Of a stretch of DNA of 24,000 nt, positions 1-9,046 are shown in pieces. Within the stretch, counting starts at the first letter, position 1. The number at the start of each line of letters is the position of its first letter. Under the pieces are notes generated by a model. That model saw only the letters and a program-made list of their open reading frames with translations. It made no database searches and was not told the origin of the DNA. The stretch comes from Planktothrix serta PCC 8927 (GTDB lineage: Bacteria; Cyanobacteriota; Cyanobacteriia; Cyanobacteriales; Microcoleaceae). The stretch spans positions 293,412-317,411 of the forward strand of contig NZ_LR734877.1 of assembly GCF_900010725.2 (NCBI RefSeq), written 5' to 3'. Position numbers and translations under genes: made by a program.

Positions 1-199
1 ATCAGGTGCTTAATCATTGAGCTAAAAATTTTGATCACCCTTGTTTTAACAGTGTCTTGTTTCCAGAAATTTCTTAATTTAGAAAACAAATTAAAATAAA
101 CAATAGAAGGATTGTACATCTGGAATAAAAATGCTATAGAGCTATTATATCTCTACTTTAATTGTCCTATTTACAACTCATTTTAGCAGTCTATCCTTT

Positions 200-1990
200 A
201 TGAATAATGTCTTGGATTCCGGTGAAACTAAAAATATTCTAGTTGTCGATGATACCCTCGATAATTTAATATTTTTATCTGCAATTTTAGAAAGTAAAGG
301 ATACTGTGTTTATACCGCAAATGATGGGAAAAGTGCGATTTCCTTAGCAATGAATTATCCTCTTGATTTGATTTTACTGGATATTATCATGTCGGACATG
401 AATGGTTATGAAGTTTGTAAGCAATTAAAATCCTGTAAACAAACCTCGAAAATACCGATCATTTTTATGAGTGGATTATCCCATGTTGACGATAAAGTTA
501 AAGCCTTTAAAATGGGTGGGGTAGATTTTATTTCTAAACCCTTTCAATATCAAGAAGTTATGGTTAGAGTGGAACATCATTTAGAATTAAATCAAATTCA
601 AAAACAACTGATTAATCTTAATTTACAGTTGGAAGAACGGGTTCAAGAAAGAACATTACAACTTGAACAAGCTAATGAGCAATTACTAAAAATAGTGCTT
701 CACGATTCCTTGACAGGCTTATTGAATCGGAGAGCTTTTATACAACAATTAAAACAAGCTTTTCAACAAAATCAAACTCACCTAGATCAACCCTATGCTA
801 TTTTATTTTTAGACTGCGATCGCTTCAAATTCGTGAATGATTCTTTAGGTCATTTTGCTGGGGATGAATTACTGATTGCGATCGCTCAACGTTTACAAAG
901 TTTTTTAGATCCTCCTGACCTAATTGCTCGCTTAGGGGGTGATGAATTTGTAATCTTATTAAATCCGCTTAGACATCGTGATCCTCAACACATTGCCAAT
1001 CAAATTTTAGAATCCTTTTCCCATCCTTTCCGCCTAGGAATCCGAACGGTTTTTATTAATTTTAGTATCGGTCTTGCTATCTCCAATCCAAGTTATCAAA
1101 AACCCGAAGATTTGTTACGAGATGCAGATACAGCACTGTATCAAGCAAAGGCATTAGGAAAAGGTCGCTATCAACTATTTGAGCCAGAAATGTATCAAGC
1201 TGTTTTGCAACGATTACAATTAGAAACAGATCTGAGAAAAGCACTGGTTAATCAGGAATTCAGCGTTCACTATCAACCGATTATTTCCCTAAACTCAGGA
1301 ATAATTATTGGGTTTGAAGCCTTAATTCGTTGGCATCATCCAACTCAAGGCTTAATTCCTCCGGGTTTATTTATTCCGATTGCTGAAGAAACAGGTTTAA
1401 TTGCTCGAATTGGGGAATGGGTATTACGAGAATCTTGTCATCAAGTTTCAGCTTGGAAAAAACAACGCTTAAGTGATTATCCCTTAACGGTAAGTGTGAA
1501 TTTATCAGCTTTACAATTTTCTCAAGAAAATTTAATTAAACAAATTGATAATATTTTAGATGAAAGCCAACTTGAACCTCAATATTTAAACCTAGAAATC
1601 ACAGAAAGTGCGATTTTAGATCATCCAGAAACCGCTTCCGATATTTTAAAACAATTCAAAAAACGGCGAATTAACTTAAGTATTGATGATTTTGGGACAG
1701 GTTATTCATCCCTAAGTTATCTGCATTCTTTTCCGGTAGACACCCTAAAAATTGATCGTTCTTTTATTACTCCTATTGACGATAATCCTAACACCCTAGG
1801 ATTAGTTCCCGTGATTATTAGTTTAGTTCAAACCCTAGGAATGAATGTGATTGCAGAAGGAATAGAAACTGCACAACAACTCGATCAATTAAGAAAGCTG
1901 AACTGTAATGCAGGTCAAGGATATCTTTTTTCTAAACCTGTTAATAGTCAAACAGCAACCCATCTGATTCAATCTTCCCCACACTGGTAA
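200..1990 (+). CDS. Response-regulator receiver (REC) - GGDEF - EAL protein (c-di-GMP synthesis/hydrolysis)
   Basis: ATG-initiated 596-aa ORF. N-terminal REC (VVDDT..., LILLDIIM acceptor Asp, KPF) is followed by a coiled-coil linker. The GGDEF domain has an intact RLGGDEF. The EAL domain has FEALIRW, DDFGTGYSSLSYL, EGIETAQQ and QGYLFSKP. Confidence 0.9.
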   Translation: MNNVLDSGETKNILVVDDTLDNLIFLSAILESKGYCVYTANDGKSAISLAMNYPLDLILLDIIMSDMNGYEVCKQLKSCKQTSKIPIIFMSGLSHVDDKVKAFKMGGVDFISKPFQYQEVMVRVEHHLELNQIQKQLINLNLQLEERVQERTLQLEQANEQLLKIVLHDSLTGLLNRRAFIQQLKQAFQQNQTHLDQPYAILFLDCDRFKFVNDSLGHFAGDELLIAIAQRLQSFLDPPDLIARLGGDEFVILLNPLRHRDPQHIANQILESFSHPFRLGIRTVFINFSIGLAISNPSYQKPEDLLRDADTALYQAKALGKGRYQLFEPEMYQAVLQRLQLETDLRKALVNQEFSVHYQPIISLNSGIIIGFEALIRWHHPTQGLIPPGLFIPIAEETGLIARIGEWVLRESCHQVSAWKKQRLSDYPLTVSVNLSALQFSQENLIKQIDNILDESQLEPQYLNLEITESAILDHPETASDILKQFKKRRINLSIDDFGTGYSSLSYLHSFPVDTLKIDRSFITPIDDNPNTLGLVPVIISLVQTLGMNVIAEGIETAQQLDQLRKLNCNAGQGYLFSKPVNSQTATHLIQSSPHW

Positions 1991-2092
1991 TAAAGTTAGT
2001 ATAATTAACATAATGTGCTTGATGATATCCCCTTAATATCCCTAATTATACAACACAAAAACCTTTCAGCATCAATCAAGAAAGCATAAAAT

Positions 2093-3385
2093 ATGAATCA
2101 TTCTTCAAACAATCAACCTAAAGCCGATCTTCTTGTTGTTGATGATACCCCAGCTAATTTACGGTTTTTATCTCAAATGCTGGTAAATCAGGGATATAAT
2201 GTTCGGAAAGCAATTAACGGTCAAATGGCATTAACGGCAGTCAAAACTATTTTACCCGATCTAATTTTACTTGATATTAATCTACCCGGAATGAATGGTT
2301 ATCAAGTGTGTGAACAGCTTAAACAAGATGAACGAACTCGGAATATTCCGATTATTTTCTTAAGTGCTTTAGATGATATTTTAGATAAAGTCAAAGCCTT
2401 TCAAGCCGGAGGAGTAGACTACATTACCAAACCTTTTCAGTTTGAAGAAGTTTTAATTCGGATTCAAAATCAATTAACAATTCAACAGTTACAAAGTCAA
2501 CTCAAACAACAAAATTCTCAATTACAATTAACGGTCAATGAATTAAAGTTAACTCAAGCTCAACTGATTCAAAAAGAAAAAATGGTGAGTTTAGGACAGC
2601 TTGTAGCTGGAATTGCTCATGAAATTAATAATCCCATTAGTTTTATTTCAGGAAATTTGGCTCCGGCTCAACAATATATTCAAGATTTATTAAATTTAAT
2701 TAGTTTATATCAGAAAGAATATCCTCTACCCAGTCCATCTATTCAAGCTTTTTTGCAAGAATTAGAATTAGATTTTATTAGTAATGACCTGCAAAATATT
2801 CTGGGATCTATGGAGCGAGGAACAGAACGAATTCGCACCATTATTTTAGCATTAAGAATTTTTTCTCGTTTAGGAGAATCAGATATTAAACCTGTTGATT
2901 TACATCAAGGACTGGATAGTACCTTATTACTCTTACAATATCGGCTGAGATCCGAGGGACAACGCTCTGAAATTGAAATTATTAAATCCTACGATAATTT
3001 ACCCCCTGTAACTTGTTATGCTAGTCAAATTAATCAGGTATTTTTAAATTTATTAACGAATTCAATTGATGCTTTAGAGTCAGGAATCGGATCAAAAATT
3101 TTACCAGGGATGTCACCGACAATTTGGATTATAACAGAAGCGACCCATCCGAATGAGATCAGAATTCGGATTAAAGATAATGGCGTAGGAATGTCAGAGG
3201 AAGTTAAATCTCAATTATTCAACCCATTTTTTACCACAAAACCTGTGGGTCATGGCATGGGATTAGGATTAACAACCTGCTATGAAATTATTGTCCAAAA
3301 ACATCAGGGAAAACTGAGTTGTAACTCTGACGAAGGAGAAGGATGTGAATTTATTATTGATCTACCCACTCAAATGAACTCCTGA
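2093..3385 (+). CDS. Hybrid histidine kinase: N-terminal REC domain fused to HisKA-like dimerisation domain and HATPase_c
   Basis: 430-aa ORF. REC (VVDDT, LILLDINLPGMNGY, KPF), coiled coil, H-box AGIAHEINNPISF, N-box NLLTNSIDAL, G1 DNGVGM, G2 GHGMGLGL. No other sensor domain and no TM segment. Confidence 0.88.
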   Translation: MNHSSNNQPKADLLVVDDTPANLRFLSQMLVNQGYNVRKAINGQMALTAVKTILPDLILLDINLPGMNGYQVCEQLKQDERTRNIPIIFLSALDDILDKVKAFQAGGVDYITKPFQFEEVLIRIQNQLTIQQLQSQLKQQNSQLQLTVNELKLTQAQLIQKEKMVSLGQLVAGIAHEINNPISFISGNLAPAQQYIQDLLNLISLYQKEYPLPSPSIQAFLQELELDFISNDLQNILGSMERGTERIRTIILALRIFSRLGESDIKPVDLHQGLDSTLLLLQYRLRSEGQRSEIEIIKSYDNLPPVTCYASQINQVFLNLLTNSIDALESGIGSKILPGMSPTIWIITEATHPNEIRIRIKDNGVGMSEEVKSQLFNPFFTTKPVGHGMGLGLTTCYEIIVQKHQGKLSCNSDEGEGCEFIIDLPTQMNS

Positions 3386-3483
3386 TTTATTTAAACTATG
3401 ATTTATTAATAAAATTGATGCAAATAATTAATAAAAGAGCGATATAATATAAAAAATCCCTAATTTTCCTGAGTGTTATCCCT

Positions 3484-4959
3484 ATGGTGGCTCAAAAATC
3501 ACAACCAACCCGAAACTGGCAACCCCTCATTCAACAATTTGAAACTATTGTTGGTAAAAAAGGTGTCATTCAACGCCGCGAAGAATTACTGGTTTATGAA
3601 TGTGATGGACTGACTAGCTATCGCCAACGTCCGGCATTAGTTGTCCTTCCCCAAACTACAGAAGAAACAGCAGAAGTTGTAAAAATTTGCGATCGCAATT
3701 CTATTCCTTGGGTCGCTAGAGGTGCAGGAACAGGACTTTCAGGAGGTGCTTTACCTGTAGAAGATTGTGTGTTAATTGTCACGGCTTTAATGCGAAAAAT
3801 CCTAAATATTGACTTAGAAAATCAACGGGTTGTGGTGCAACCGGGTGTGATTAATAACTGGGTGACACAAGCCGTGAGTGGTGCTGGATTTTATTATGCA
3901 CCTGACCCTTCTAGTCAAATTATTTGTTCCATTGGGGGAAATGTTGCAGAAAATTCTGGGGGGGTTCATTGTTTAAAATATGGGGTAACAACTAACCATA
4001 TTTTAAGTTTAAAAATTGTAACTCCTGATGGTTCTATTGTCGATCTAGGTGGCGATATTCCCGAAATGCCAGGATATGATTTAACCGGATTATTTGTCGG
4101 TTCAGAAGGAACATTAGGGGTGGCTACTGAAATCACTTTAAGAATTCTGAAAGCACCGGAATCAATTTGTGTTTTATTAGCCGATTTTATGAATTTAGAA
4201 GCGACTGGATCGGCGGTTTCTGATATTATTAGTTCGGGGATTATTCCTGGGGGAATGGAAATTATGGATAACCTCAGTATTAATGCCGTTGAGGACGTGG
4301 TAAAAATTGGCTTATATCCCCGTGATGCGGGAGCAATTTTACTCGTTGAACTGGATGGTTTACAAGTTGAAGTTGATAAGAATAAACAACGAGTTAGTGA
4401 AATTTGTAGAAAAAATGGAGCGAGAAATATTACTACCGCCAGTAACCCCGAAGATCGGTTAAAAATATGGAAAGGACGCAAAGCAGCTTTCGCAGCAGCA
4501 GGTCATGTCAGTCCTGATTATTATGTCCAAGATGGGGTGATTCCCCGGACTCAAATGGCCTATGTTTTGAAACAAATTGAAGCATTAGGAGAAAAATATG
4601 GGTATCGTATTGCTAACGTTTTTCATGCCGGAGATGGCAATTTACACCCTTTAATTTTATATGATAATTCCGTTGCAGGCGCGTTAGAAACCGTTGAAGA
4701 AATTGGCGGTGAAATTCTCAAGATTTGCGTTGAAGTGGGGGGAAGTTTATCGGGTGAACATGGCATTGGTGCCGATAAAAAATGTTATATGCCTCAAATG
4801 TTTAACGAAGTTGATTTAGAAACAATGCAATGGGTGAGAGCAGTTTTTAACCCCAAAGGTTTAGCAAATCCGGGTAAAATGTTGCCGACTCCGCGCACCT
4901 GTGGAGAGTCAGCAAAAGTGCAAAACGTTAAACAATTTGAGGGTGTAGAAGTATTTTAA
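3484..4959 (+). CDS. glcD: Glycolate oxidase/dehydrogenase subunit GlcD (FAD-linked oxidase family)
   Basis: 491-aa ORF with FAD-binding PCMH-type N-terminal half (ARGAGTGLSGGA, GGNVAENSGG) and C-terminal FAD-oxidase_C motifs (FHAGDGNLHP, GSLSGEHGIG). Length and sequence are typical of cyanobacterial GlcD. Confidence 0.85.
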   Translation: MVAQKSQPTRNWQPLIQQFETIVGKKGVIQRREELLVYECDGLTSYRQRPALVVLPQTTEETAEVVKICDRNSIPWVARGAGTGLSGGALPVEDCVLIVTALMRKILNIDLENQRVVVQPGVINNWVTQAVSGAGFYYAPDPSSQIICSIGGNVAENSGGVHCLKYGVTTNHILSLKIVTPDGSIVDLGGDIPEMPGYDLTGLFVGSEGTLGVATEITLRILKAPESICVLLADFMNLEATGSAVSDIISSGIIPGGMEIMDNLSINAVEDVVKIGLYPRDAGAILLVELDGLQVEVDKNKQRVSEICRKNGARNITTASNPEDRLKIWKGRKAAFAAAGHVSPDYYVQDGVIPRTQMAYVLKQIEALGEKYGYRIANVFHAGDGNLHPLILYDNSVAGALETVEEIGGEILKICVEVGGSLSGEHGIGADKKCYMPQMFNEVDLETMQWVRAVFNPKGLANPGKMLPTPRTCGESAKVQNVKQFEGVEVF

Positions 4960-5591
4960 ACGGCGGTACTTCTCACCCCTTCAAATAAGGCGATCGCACT
5001 GAAAACCAGAAATAGACAACCCCCAATGGCTGTAATGGTGCGTTCTGATAATCTTCCAGCAATTAATTTTCCTCCTAATACCGCAATTGCCGCACAAATT
5101 GTATGTCCGACAATTCCGCCAATAATTACCCCAACCGGGTTATGAAATGTCGCTAAGGCGATCGTAGCAATTTGAGTGCGATCGCCCCATTCTGCTGCAA
5201 ATGTTAACACAAAAGATTCTAATAAAGTCCCCCATTTGCTTTTGCGTTTAGGAAACTTATTTTCAGCTTTTTCTACTGCTTCTAACGCTTCTTCTTGTTC
5301 ATCTTTACTTCCCAATTCAGGGGGCATTTTACTGGCATCATACAACAGCTTAAACCCAAATAAGGCAAATAAAATAATCTCGGCATAGTGAATATAAATT
5401 TGAGGTAAAAATGAAAAAACTCGCCCTACAATAACAGAAAGAACTGTCATGGTTGCTAATGCAGCCACTACCCCGATAAATACAATTTTTCTATCATATT
5501 TGGATGACAAAATAACCGCAATAAAAAAGGTTTTGTCTCCAAGCTCTGAAATCGTAATCAGTAAGAGAGCGGCAGTAAAAGCAGTAAGCAT
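4956..5591 (-). CDS. UPF0016 / GDT1-TMEM165 family cation (Mn2+/Ca2+) transporter, Mnx/PAM71-like
   Basis: Two E-x-G-D-(K/R)-T signature motifs (ELGDKTF, EWGDRTQ) in a two-repeat membrane protein with a central acidic loop (DEQEEALEAVEKAE). The ORF track starts at TTG 5627. I prefer ATG 5591 (MLTAFTAALLL...), which begins directly at TM1. Confidence 0.8.
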   Translation of the reverse strand: MLTAFTAALLLITISELGDKTFFIAVILSSKYDRKIVFIGVVAALATMTVLSVIVGRVFSFLPQIYIHYAEIILFALFGFKLLYDASKMPPELGSKDEQEEALEAVEKAENKFPKRKSKWGTLLESFVLTFAAEWGDRTQIATIALATFHNPVGVIIGGIVGHTICAAIAVLGGKLIAGRLSERTITAIGGCLFLVFSAIALFEGVRSTAV

Positions 5592-6037
5592 GACTTCAAT
5601 ATTATGAAACAGGATTAATGAAAGCAAACAATTAGACTTCTGTTTTCTACTTTACCATAAAATCTCGGTTTATTTAAGTATTTTTATCCGTTTAAATTGC
5701 TAATTTTATTCATAAATGAATCACAATAGTTTCATAATCAATTCATTTTTATTCAGCCACTGAAATATTAATAAAAATTTCTTAAAAACTTAATTCTTAA
5801 CCGACCTCTCTTTAACGGTGGCTAGAAAAAGGGAAAAATCACGAGGTTTCTATCTAAAGTTAGAAAAAATTTTACTTTCTGTTAACTATCTGTCCCCTTG
5901 CTAAAATTTATGAAACAGGATCTTCCCCTTAGTCGTAAGATCAAAGCATGGATCTCAGACGTTGATTTGATTTGTTCCCATCTGCAACTTCACTTGATCC
6001 CGTACAAATTTCTATCCCCTTAAGAGCGTTAATCCTT

Positions 6038-7546
6038 ATGGCATTTCCCCGTTCTAGCGGTATTCTGCTGCACCCCACATCTTTACCGAGTCCATTTGGC
6101 GTGGGAGACATTGGCCCCGTCGCCTATCAATTTGTTGATTTCTTAAAAAATAGTGCCCAGCAATTGTGGCAAGTGTTACCCCTTGGCCCCACCGGATTTG
6201 GCAATTCTCCTTATTTATCCTATTCTGCTTTTGCGGGAAACCCCTTATTAATTAGTTTAGAACTCTTAAAAGAGGATGAATTATTAACCGACGAAGACTT
6301 AATTAATCCTCCTAAATTTCCTAGTCATCTTGTTAATTTTGATCCGGTTAAAGCCTTTAAAGATCAACTCTTTCAAAAAGCTTGTAAAACCTTTAAAGAA
6401 AATGCGACATCTGACCAAGAACAGGAATTTAATCACTTTTGTTCTCGCAGCAACTATTGGTTAGATGATTATGCTATTTTTATGGCTCTCAAAGAAGCCT
6501 TAAATGGTGAAAGTTGGAATCAATGGGATGAAGAAATTGCTCGACGGAAACAGGAAGCTCTACACAAATGGGGAGAAAAATTAGCTGAACCCATTTATTA
6601 TCATAAATTTCTCCAGTTTCAATTTTTTAAACAATGGGGAAAACTCAAACAGTATGCGAATGAACAAGGCATACAAATGTTTGGAGATTTAGCGATTTAT
6701 GTCGCTCATGATAGTGCTGATGTTTGGTCACATCCTGAAATCTTTTCTTTAGATGGAGAAACCGGAGAAGCCTCATTAATGGCGGGTGTTCCCCCGGATT
6801 ATTTTAGTGAAACGGGTCAATTGTGGGGAAATCCCGTTTACAATTGGGAACGTTTACAACAAGAAGGATTCCATTGGTGGATACAACGAGTTGAGTCTTT
6901 ATTAGGCTATTTAGATTTAATTCGGATTGATCATTTTCGCGGTTTAGAATCCTATTGGGGGGTAGCTCAAGGAGAAACAACTGCGATTAATGGTCGCTGG
7001 ATAGACGCCCCTGGAGATGCCTTTTTTAGCTTATTAAATCAGAAATTAGGCACATTACCGATTATTGCCGAAGACTTGGGAATTATCACCCCAGAAGTCG
7101 AAGAATTGCGCGATAAATATGGTTTTCCCGGCATGAAAATCCTACATTTTGCTTTTGATTCCGGGTCAGGTAATCCCTATTTACCCTATAATTATAGTTC
7201 GGCGAATTGGGTTGTTTATACCGGAACCCATGATAATGATACAACCCTGGGATGGTTTAACCGTCGTAGCTTACAGGAACAAGCTAGAGTTACCCGCTAT
7301 TTAGGCTGTACCTCCGATTATGGCATTCATTGGGATTTAATTCGGTTAGCCATGTCCTGTGTCGCTAATCAAGCAATTTTCCCCCTTCAGGATATTTTAG
7401 GGTTAGGCAGTGAAGCTAAAATGAATATGCCAGGGGAAGCTGAAGGCAACTGGGCTTGGCGTTTTCAACCGGGAATGTTAACCGAAGAAATCGGAGAACG
7501 TCTCAAATTTTTTACTGAAACCTACGGTCGTCAACCGCGTCATTAG
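6038..7546 (+). CDS. malQ: 4-alpha-glucanotransferase (amylomaltase, GH77)
   Basis: Begins RSSGILLHPTSLPSPFGVGDIG, with later GH77 blocks (IRIDHFRG, AEDLG, YTGTHDN). The ORF track starts at TTG 5972. ATG 6038 (MAFPRSSGILLHPTSL) matches the usual MalQ N-terminus. Confidence 0.9.
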   Translation: MAFPRSSGILLHPTSLPSPFGVGDIGPVAYQFVDFLKNSAQQLWQVLPLGPTGFGNSPYLSYSAFAGNPLLISLELLKEDELLTDEDLINPPKFPSHLVNFDPVKAFKDQLFQKACKTFKENATSDQEQEFNHFCSRSNYWLDDYAIFMALKEALNGESWNQWDEEIARRKQEALHKWGEKLAEPIYYHKFLQFQFFKQWGKLKQYANEQGIQMFGDLAIYVAHDSADVWSHPEIFSLDGETGEASLMAGVPPDYFSETGQLWGNPVYNWERLQQEGFHWWIQRVESLLGYLDLIRIDHFRGLESYWGVAQGETTAINGRWIDAPGDAFFSLLNQKLGTLPIIAEDLGIITPEVEELRDKYGFPGMKILHFAFDSGSGNPYLPYNYSSANWVVYTGTHDNDTTLGWFNRRSLQEQARVTRYLGCTSDYGIHWDLIRLAMSCVANQAIFPLQDILGLGSEAKMNMPGEAEGNWAWRFQPGMLTEEIGERLKFFTETYGRQPRH

Positions 7547-7641
7547 TAATCAGTCATCAGTCATCAGTTTTGAGTTTTTAGCTAATAACTACTAACTACT
7601 AAATATTAACTCTTACACTGATAACTGATACCTGATTTAAC
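7544..7641 (+). repeat. Tract of ~14 strictly 7-nt-phased degenerate heptamers (STRR-like)
   Basis: Read in phase from 7544: tagtaat cagtcat cagtcat cagtttt gagtttt tagctaa taactac taactac taaatat taactct tacactg ataactg atacctg atttaac. The tract starts at the malQ stop codon. Confidence 0.8.
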
Positions 7642-7653
7642 TTACGAGGGGGT

Positions 7654-7740
7654 TTGGGGGAGCGATAAGTCCCTCGCTGAATTTCACGCCTACAAAAAAA
7701 ATAACCACCAAATCAGCGTGGGATACATGGACTCCCCCAA
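7654..7740 (+). repeat. 9-bp inverted repeat TTGGGGGAG / CTCCCCCAA in the putative left end
   Basis: Arms at 7654-7662 and 7732-7740 are perfect reverse complements. A smaller CGAGGG/CCCTCG pair (7644-7649 / 7671-7676) overlaps the start of this interval: its left arm lies just 5' of the left arm here and its right arm lies inside the loop. Confidence 0.5.
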
Positions 7741-7776
7741 GTTAATTTTGTATGTCCCAATCCCGACAAAATTAAC
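7741..7776 (+). repeat. Left-end subterminal hairpin (10-bp perfect stem, 16-nt loop) about 40 nt upstream of the tnpB ATG
   Basis: GTTAATTTTG (7741-7750) and CAAAATTAAC (7767-7776) are perfect reverse complements. AT-rich stem. Confidence 0.5.
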
Positions 7777-7817
7777 AACAATATGTTAAAGTATATCAAA
7801 GAGTTTTGAAAGCGACA

Positions 7818-9026
7818 ATGTTTCTGGCATACAAATTCAGAATTTACCCAACAATTGAGCAGCAAATCGCCTTAGCCAAAAGCTTTGGTTGTTGCCGTTG
7901 GTATTGGAATTATGCCTTAAATTTATGTCAAGAAACTTATAAAGCAACAGGAAAAGGGTTATCAAGAACAGCAATTCAAGGATTGTTACCTCAACTGAAA
8001 AAGGAATATCCTTGGTTAAAAGATGCCTATTCTCAATGTTTACAAGTCGTCGCTCTCAATTTATGTACAGCTTACAAAAACTTCTTTGAGAAACGAGCAA
8101 GATTACCTCAATTCAAATCCAAACATAGCAGACAATCAATCAGTTATCCCCAGAGCGTTAAGCTGGAAGGAGATTATCTAAAATTACCCGGCAAAGTTGG
8201 GCTAATTTATTGTCGTCGCCATCGAGAATTTGAGGGGACAATTAAAACCGTTACTATCTCAAAGAATCGTGACGGGAAATACTACGCATCTGTGTTAGTT
8301 GATGACGGCAAGGAAATGCCTGAACCATCAACGAATGGAAAAGCGATTGGGATTGATTTAGGATTAACCCATTTTGCAATTACCAGTGATGGAGACAAAT
8401 ATAGCAACCCCAAACACTTTGCTAAACATCAACGCAACTTAAAACGAAAACAACAGAAATTATCTCGTAAACAAAAGGGAAGTAACAGGAGACAAAAATC
8501 TAGATTAAAAGTCGCTAAAGTCTACGCTAAAATATCTCGGTGTCGAGAAGATTTTCTACACAAACTATCCCGCAAGATAGTCAACGAAAACCAAGTGATT
8601 GCTGTAGAAGATCTAGCAGTTAAGAATCTGGTGAGAAACCCTAAATTAGCCAAGTCAATTAGTGATTGCGGTTGGGGAATGTTCGGCACAATGTTGAAAT
8701 ATAAAGCTGAAAAAGACGGGAAAACCTATATCGAAATTGATCGATTTTTCCCGTCTTCTAAAACTTGTCACGTCTGTCTAAATCAAGTTGGTAGTCTACC
8801 TCTTGATGTTAGAAACTGGAGTTGTGAACATTGTCAAACAACCCATGACCGTGATCTCAACGCTGCGATCAATATCAAAAATGAAGCCTTGCGGATACTG
8901 TCGTTGGGAACCAGCGATACTGCTAGTCTAAGGGGATGTCAGTCATCTGAACAAACTTCTGTTTCTTCAGATGCTATCCCCGTTGATGCTAGAAGCCCAC
9001 ACTTACTCGTAGAGAAGTGTGGGTAG
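7818..9026 (+). CDS. tnpB: TnpB (OrfB) RNA-guided endonuclease, RuvC-like plus zinc finger
   Basis: Begins AYKFRIYPT..EQ as in the OrfB_IS605 N-terminus. RuvC triad intact: IGIDLG (Asp codon 8355-8357), AVEDL, HDRDLNAAINI. CxxC...CxxC zinc finger (CHVC...CEHC). The ORF track starts at TTG 7806; ATG 7818 is preferred. Confidence 0.9.
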   Translation: MFLAYKFRIYPTIEQQIALAKSFGCCRWYWNYALNLCQETYKATGKGLSRTAIQGLLPQLKKEYPWLKDAYSQCLQVVALNLCTAYKNFFEKRARLPQFKSKHSRQSISYPQSVKLEGDYLKLPGKVGLIYCRRHREFEGTIKTVTISKNRDGKYYASVLVDDGKEMPEPSTNGKAIGIDLGLTHFAITSDGDKYSNPKHFAKHQRNLKRKQQKLSRKQKGSNRRQKSRLKVAKVYAKISRCREDFLHKLSRKIVNENQVIAVEDLAVKNLVRNPKLAKSISDCGWGMFGTMLKYKAEKDGKTYIEIDRFFPSSKTCHVCLNQVGSLPLDVRNWSCEHCQTTHDRDLNAAINIKNEALRILSLGTSDTASLRGCQSSEQTSVSSDAIPVDARSPHLLVEKCG

Positions 9027-9046
9027 TTCACGATTTAGATAAATCT
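8830..9046 (+). ncRNA. Predicted omega-RNA (reRNA) of TnpB. Scaffold overlaps the tnpB 3' end and the guide is read from the flank.
   Basis: Placement follows established TnpB biology: the omega-RNA is encoded in the tnpB 3' end and right end, and its guide is the first ~16-20 nt beyond the element. Supported here only by the terminal 9-bp hairpin at 8996-9023. The 5' end is a guess. Confidence 0.3.
8996..9023 (+). repeat. Right-end terminal hairpin (9-bp perfect stem, 10-nt loop) ending at the tnpB stop codon
   Basis: CCCACACTT (8996-9004) and AAGTGTGGG (9015-9023) are perfect reverse complements. The TAG stop is at 9024-9026. Confidence 0.6.

Larger units (their letters stand above)
7642..9027 (+). 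mobile_element. IS200/IS605-family solo-tnpB element (IS1341-like; no tnpA). Boundaries are approximate.
   Basis: Single tnpB ORF. The left boundary is inferred from where the host heptamer phasing stops (~7641). The right boundary is inferred from a terminal hairpin at 8996-9023 and the immediately adjacent convergent host gene (stop at 9028-9030). About 1.39 kb, typical for this class. Confidence 0.45.

Noticed and set aside
3966-4481. 171-aa minus-strand ORF inside glcD. Similar antisense or out-of-frame ORFs occur at 5176-5388, 9017-9394, 10056-10331, 12010-12198, 15568-15756, 16640-16867, 17182-17436, 17191-17469, 17620-17859, 17813-18085 and 23508-23690.
   Set aside because: Each lies entirely within, or overlaps, a strongly supported gene on the other strand or frame. 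They have low-complexity or biased composition and no recognisable motifs. The one at 16640-16867 is simply the stop-free reverse complement of the heptamer array.
4956-4959. Overlapping convergent stop codons of glcD and the UPF0016 gene within TTTTAAA
   Set aside because: A 4-nt overlap of convergent ends in a palindromic TTAA context is common and needs no special explanation. No structure or terminator is evident.
5592-6037. Possible Mn-sensing (yybP-ykoY-type) riboswitch or sRNA in the ~450-nt AT-rich divergent region upstream of the UPF0016 transporter and malQ
   Set aside because: I read the minus-strand leader and could not find the conserved riboswitch core or a convincing multi-helix structure, only short 5-6-bp hairpins. 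A covariance-model scan (Rfam) would be needed to revisit this.
5972-6037. N-terminal extensions implied by the longest-ORF starts in the track (5972 TTG, 7806 TTG, 10818, 12224 TTG, 14372 GTG, 15344 TTG, 19391 GTG, 5627 TTG)
   Set aside because: In each case a downstream ATG matches the usual family N-terminus and/or has a better upstream purine-rich motif. The extensions add non-conserved residues. Start sites remain predictions.
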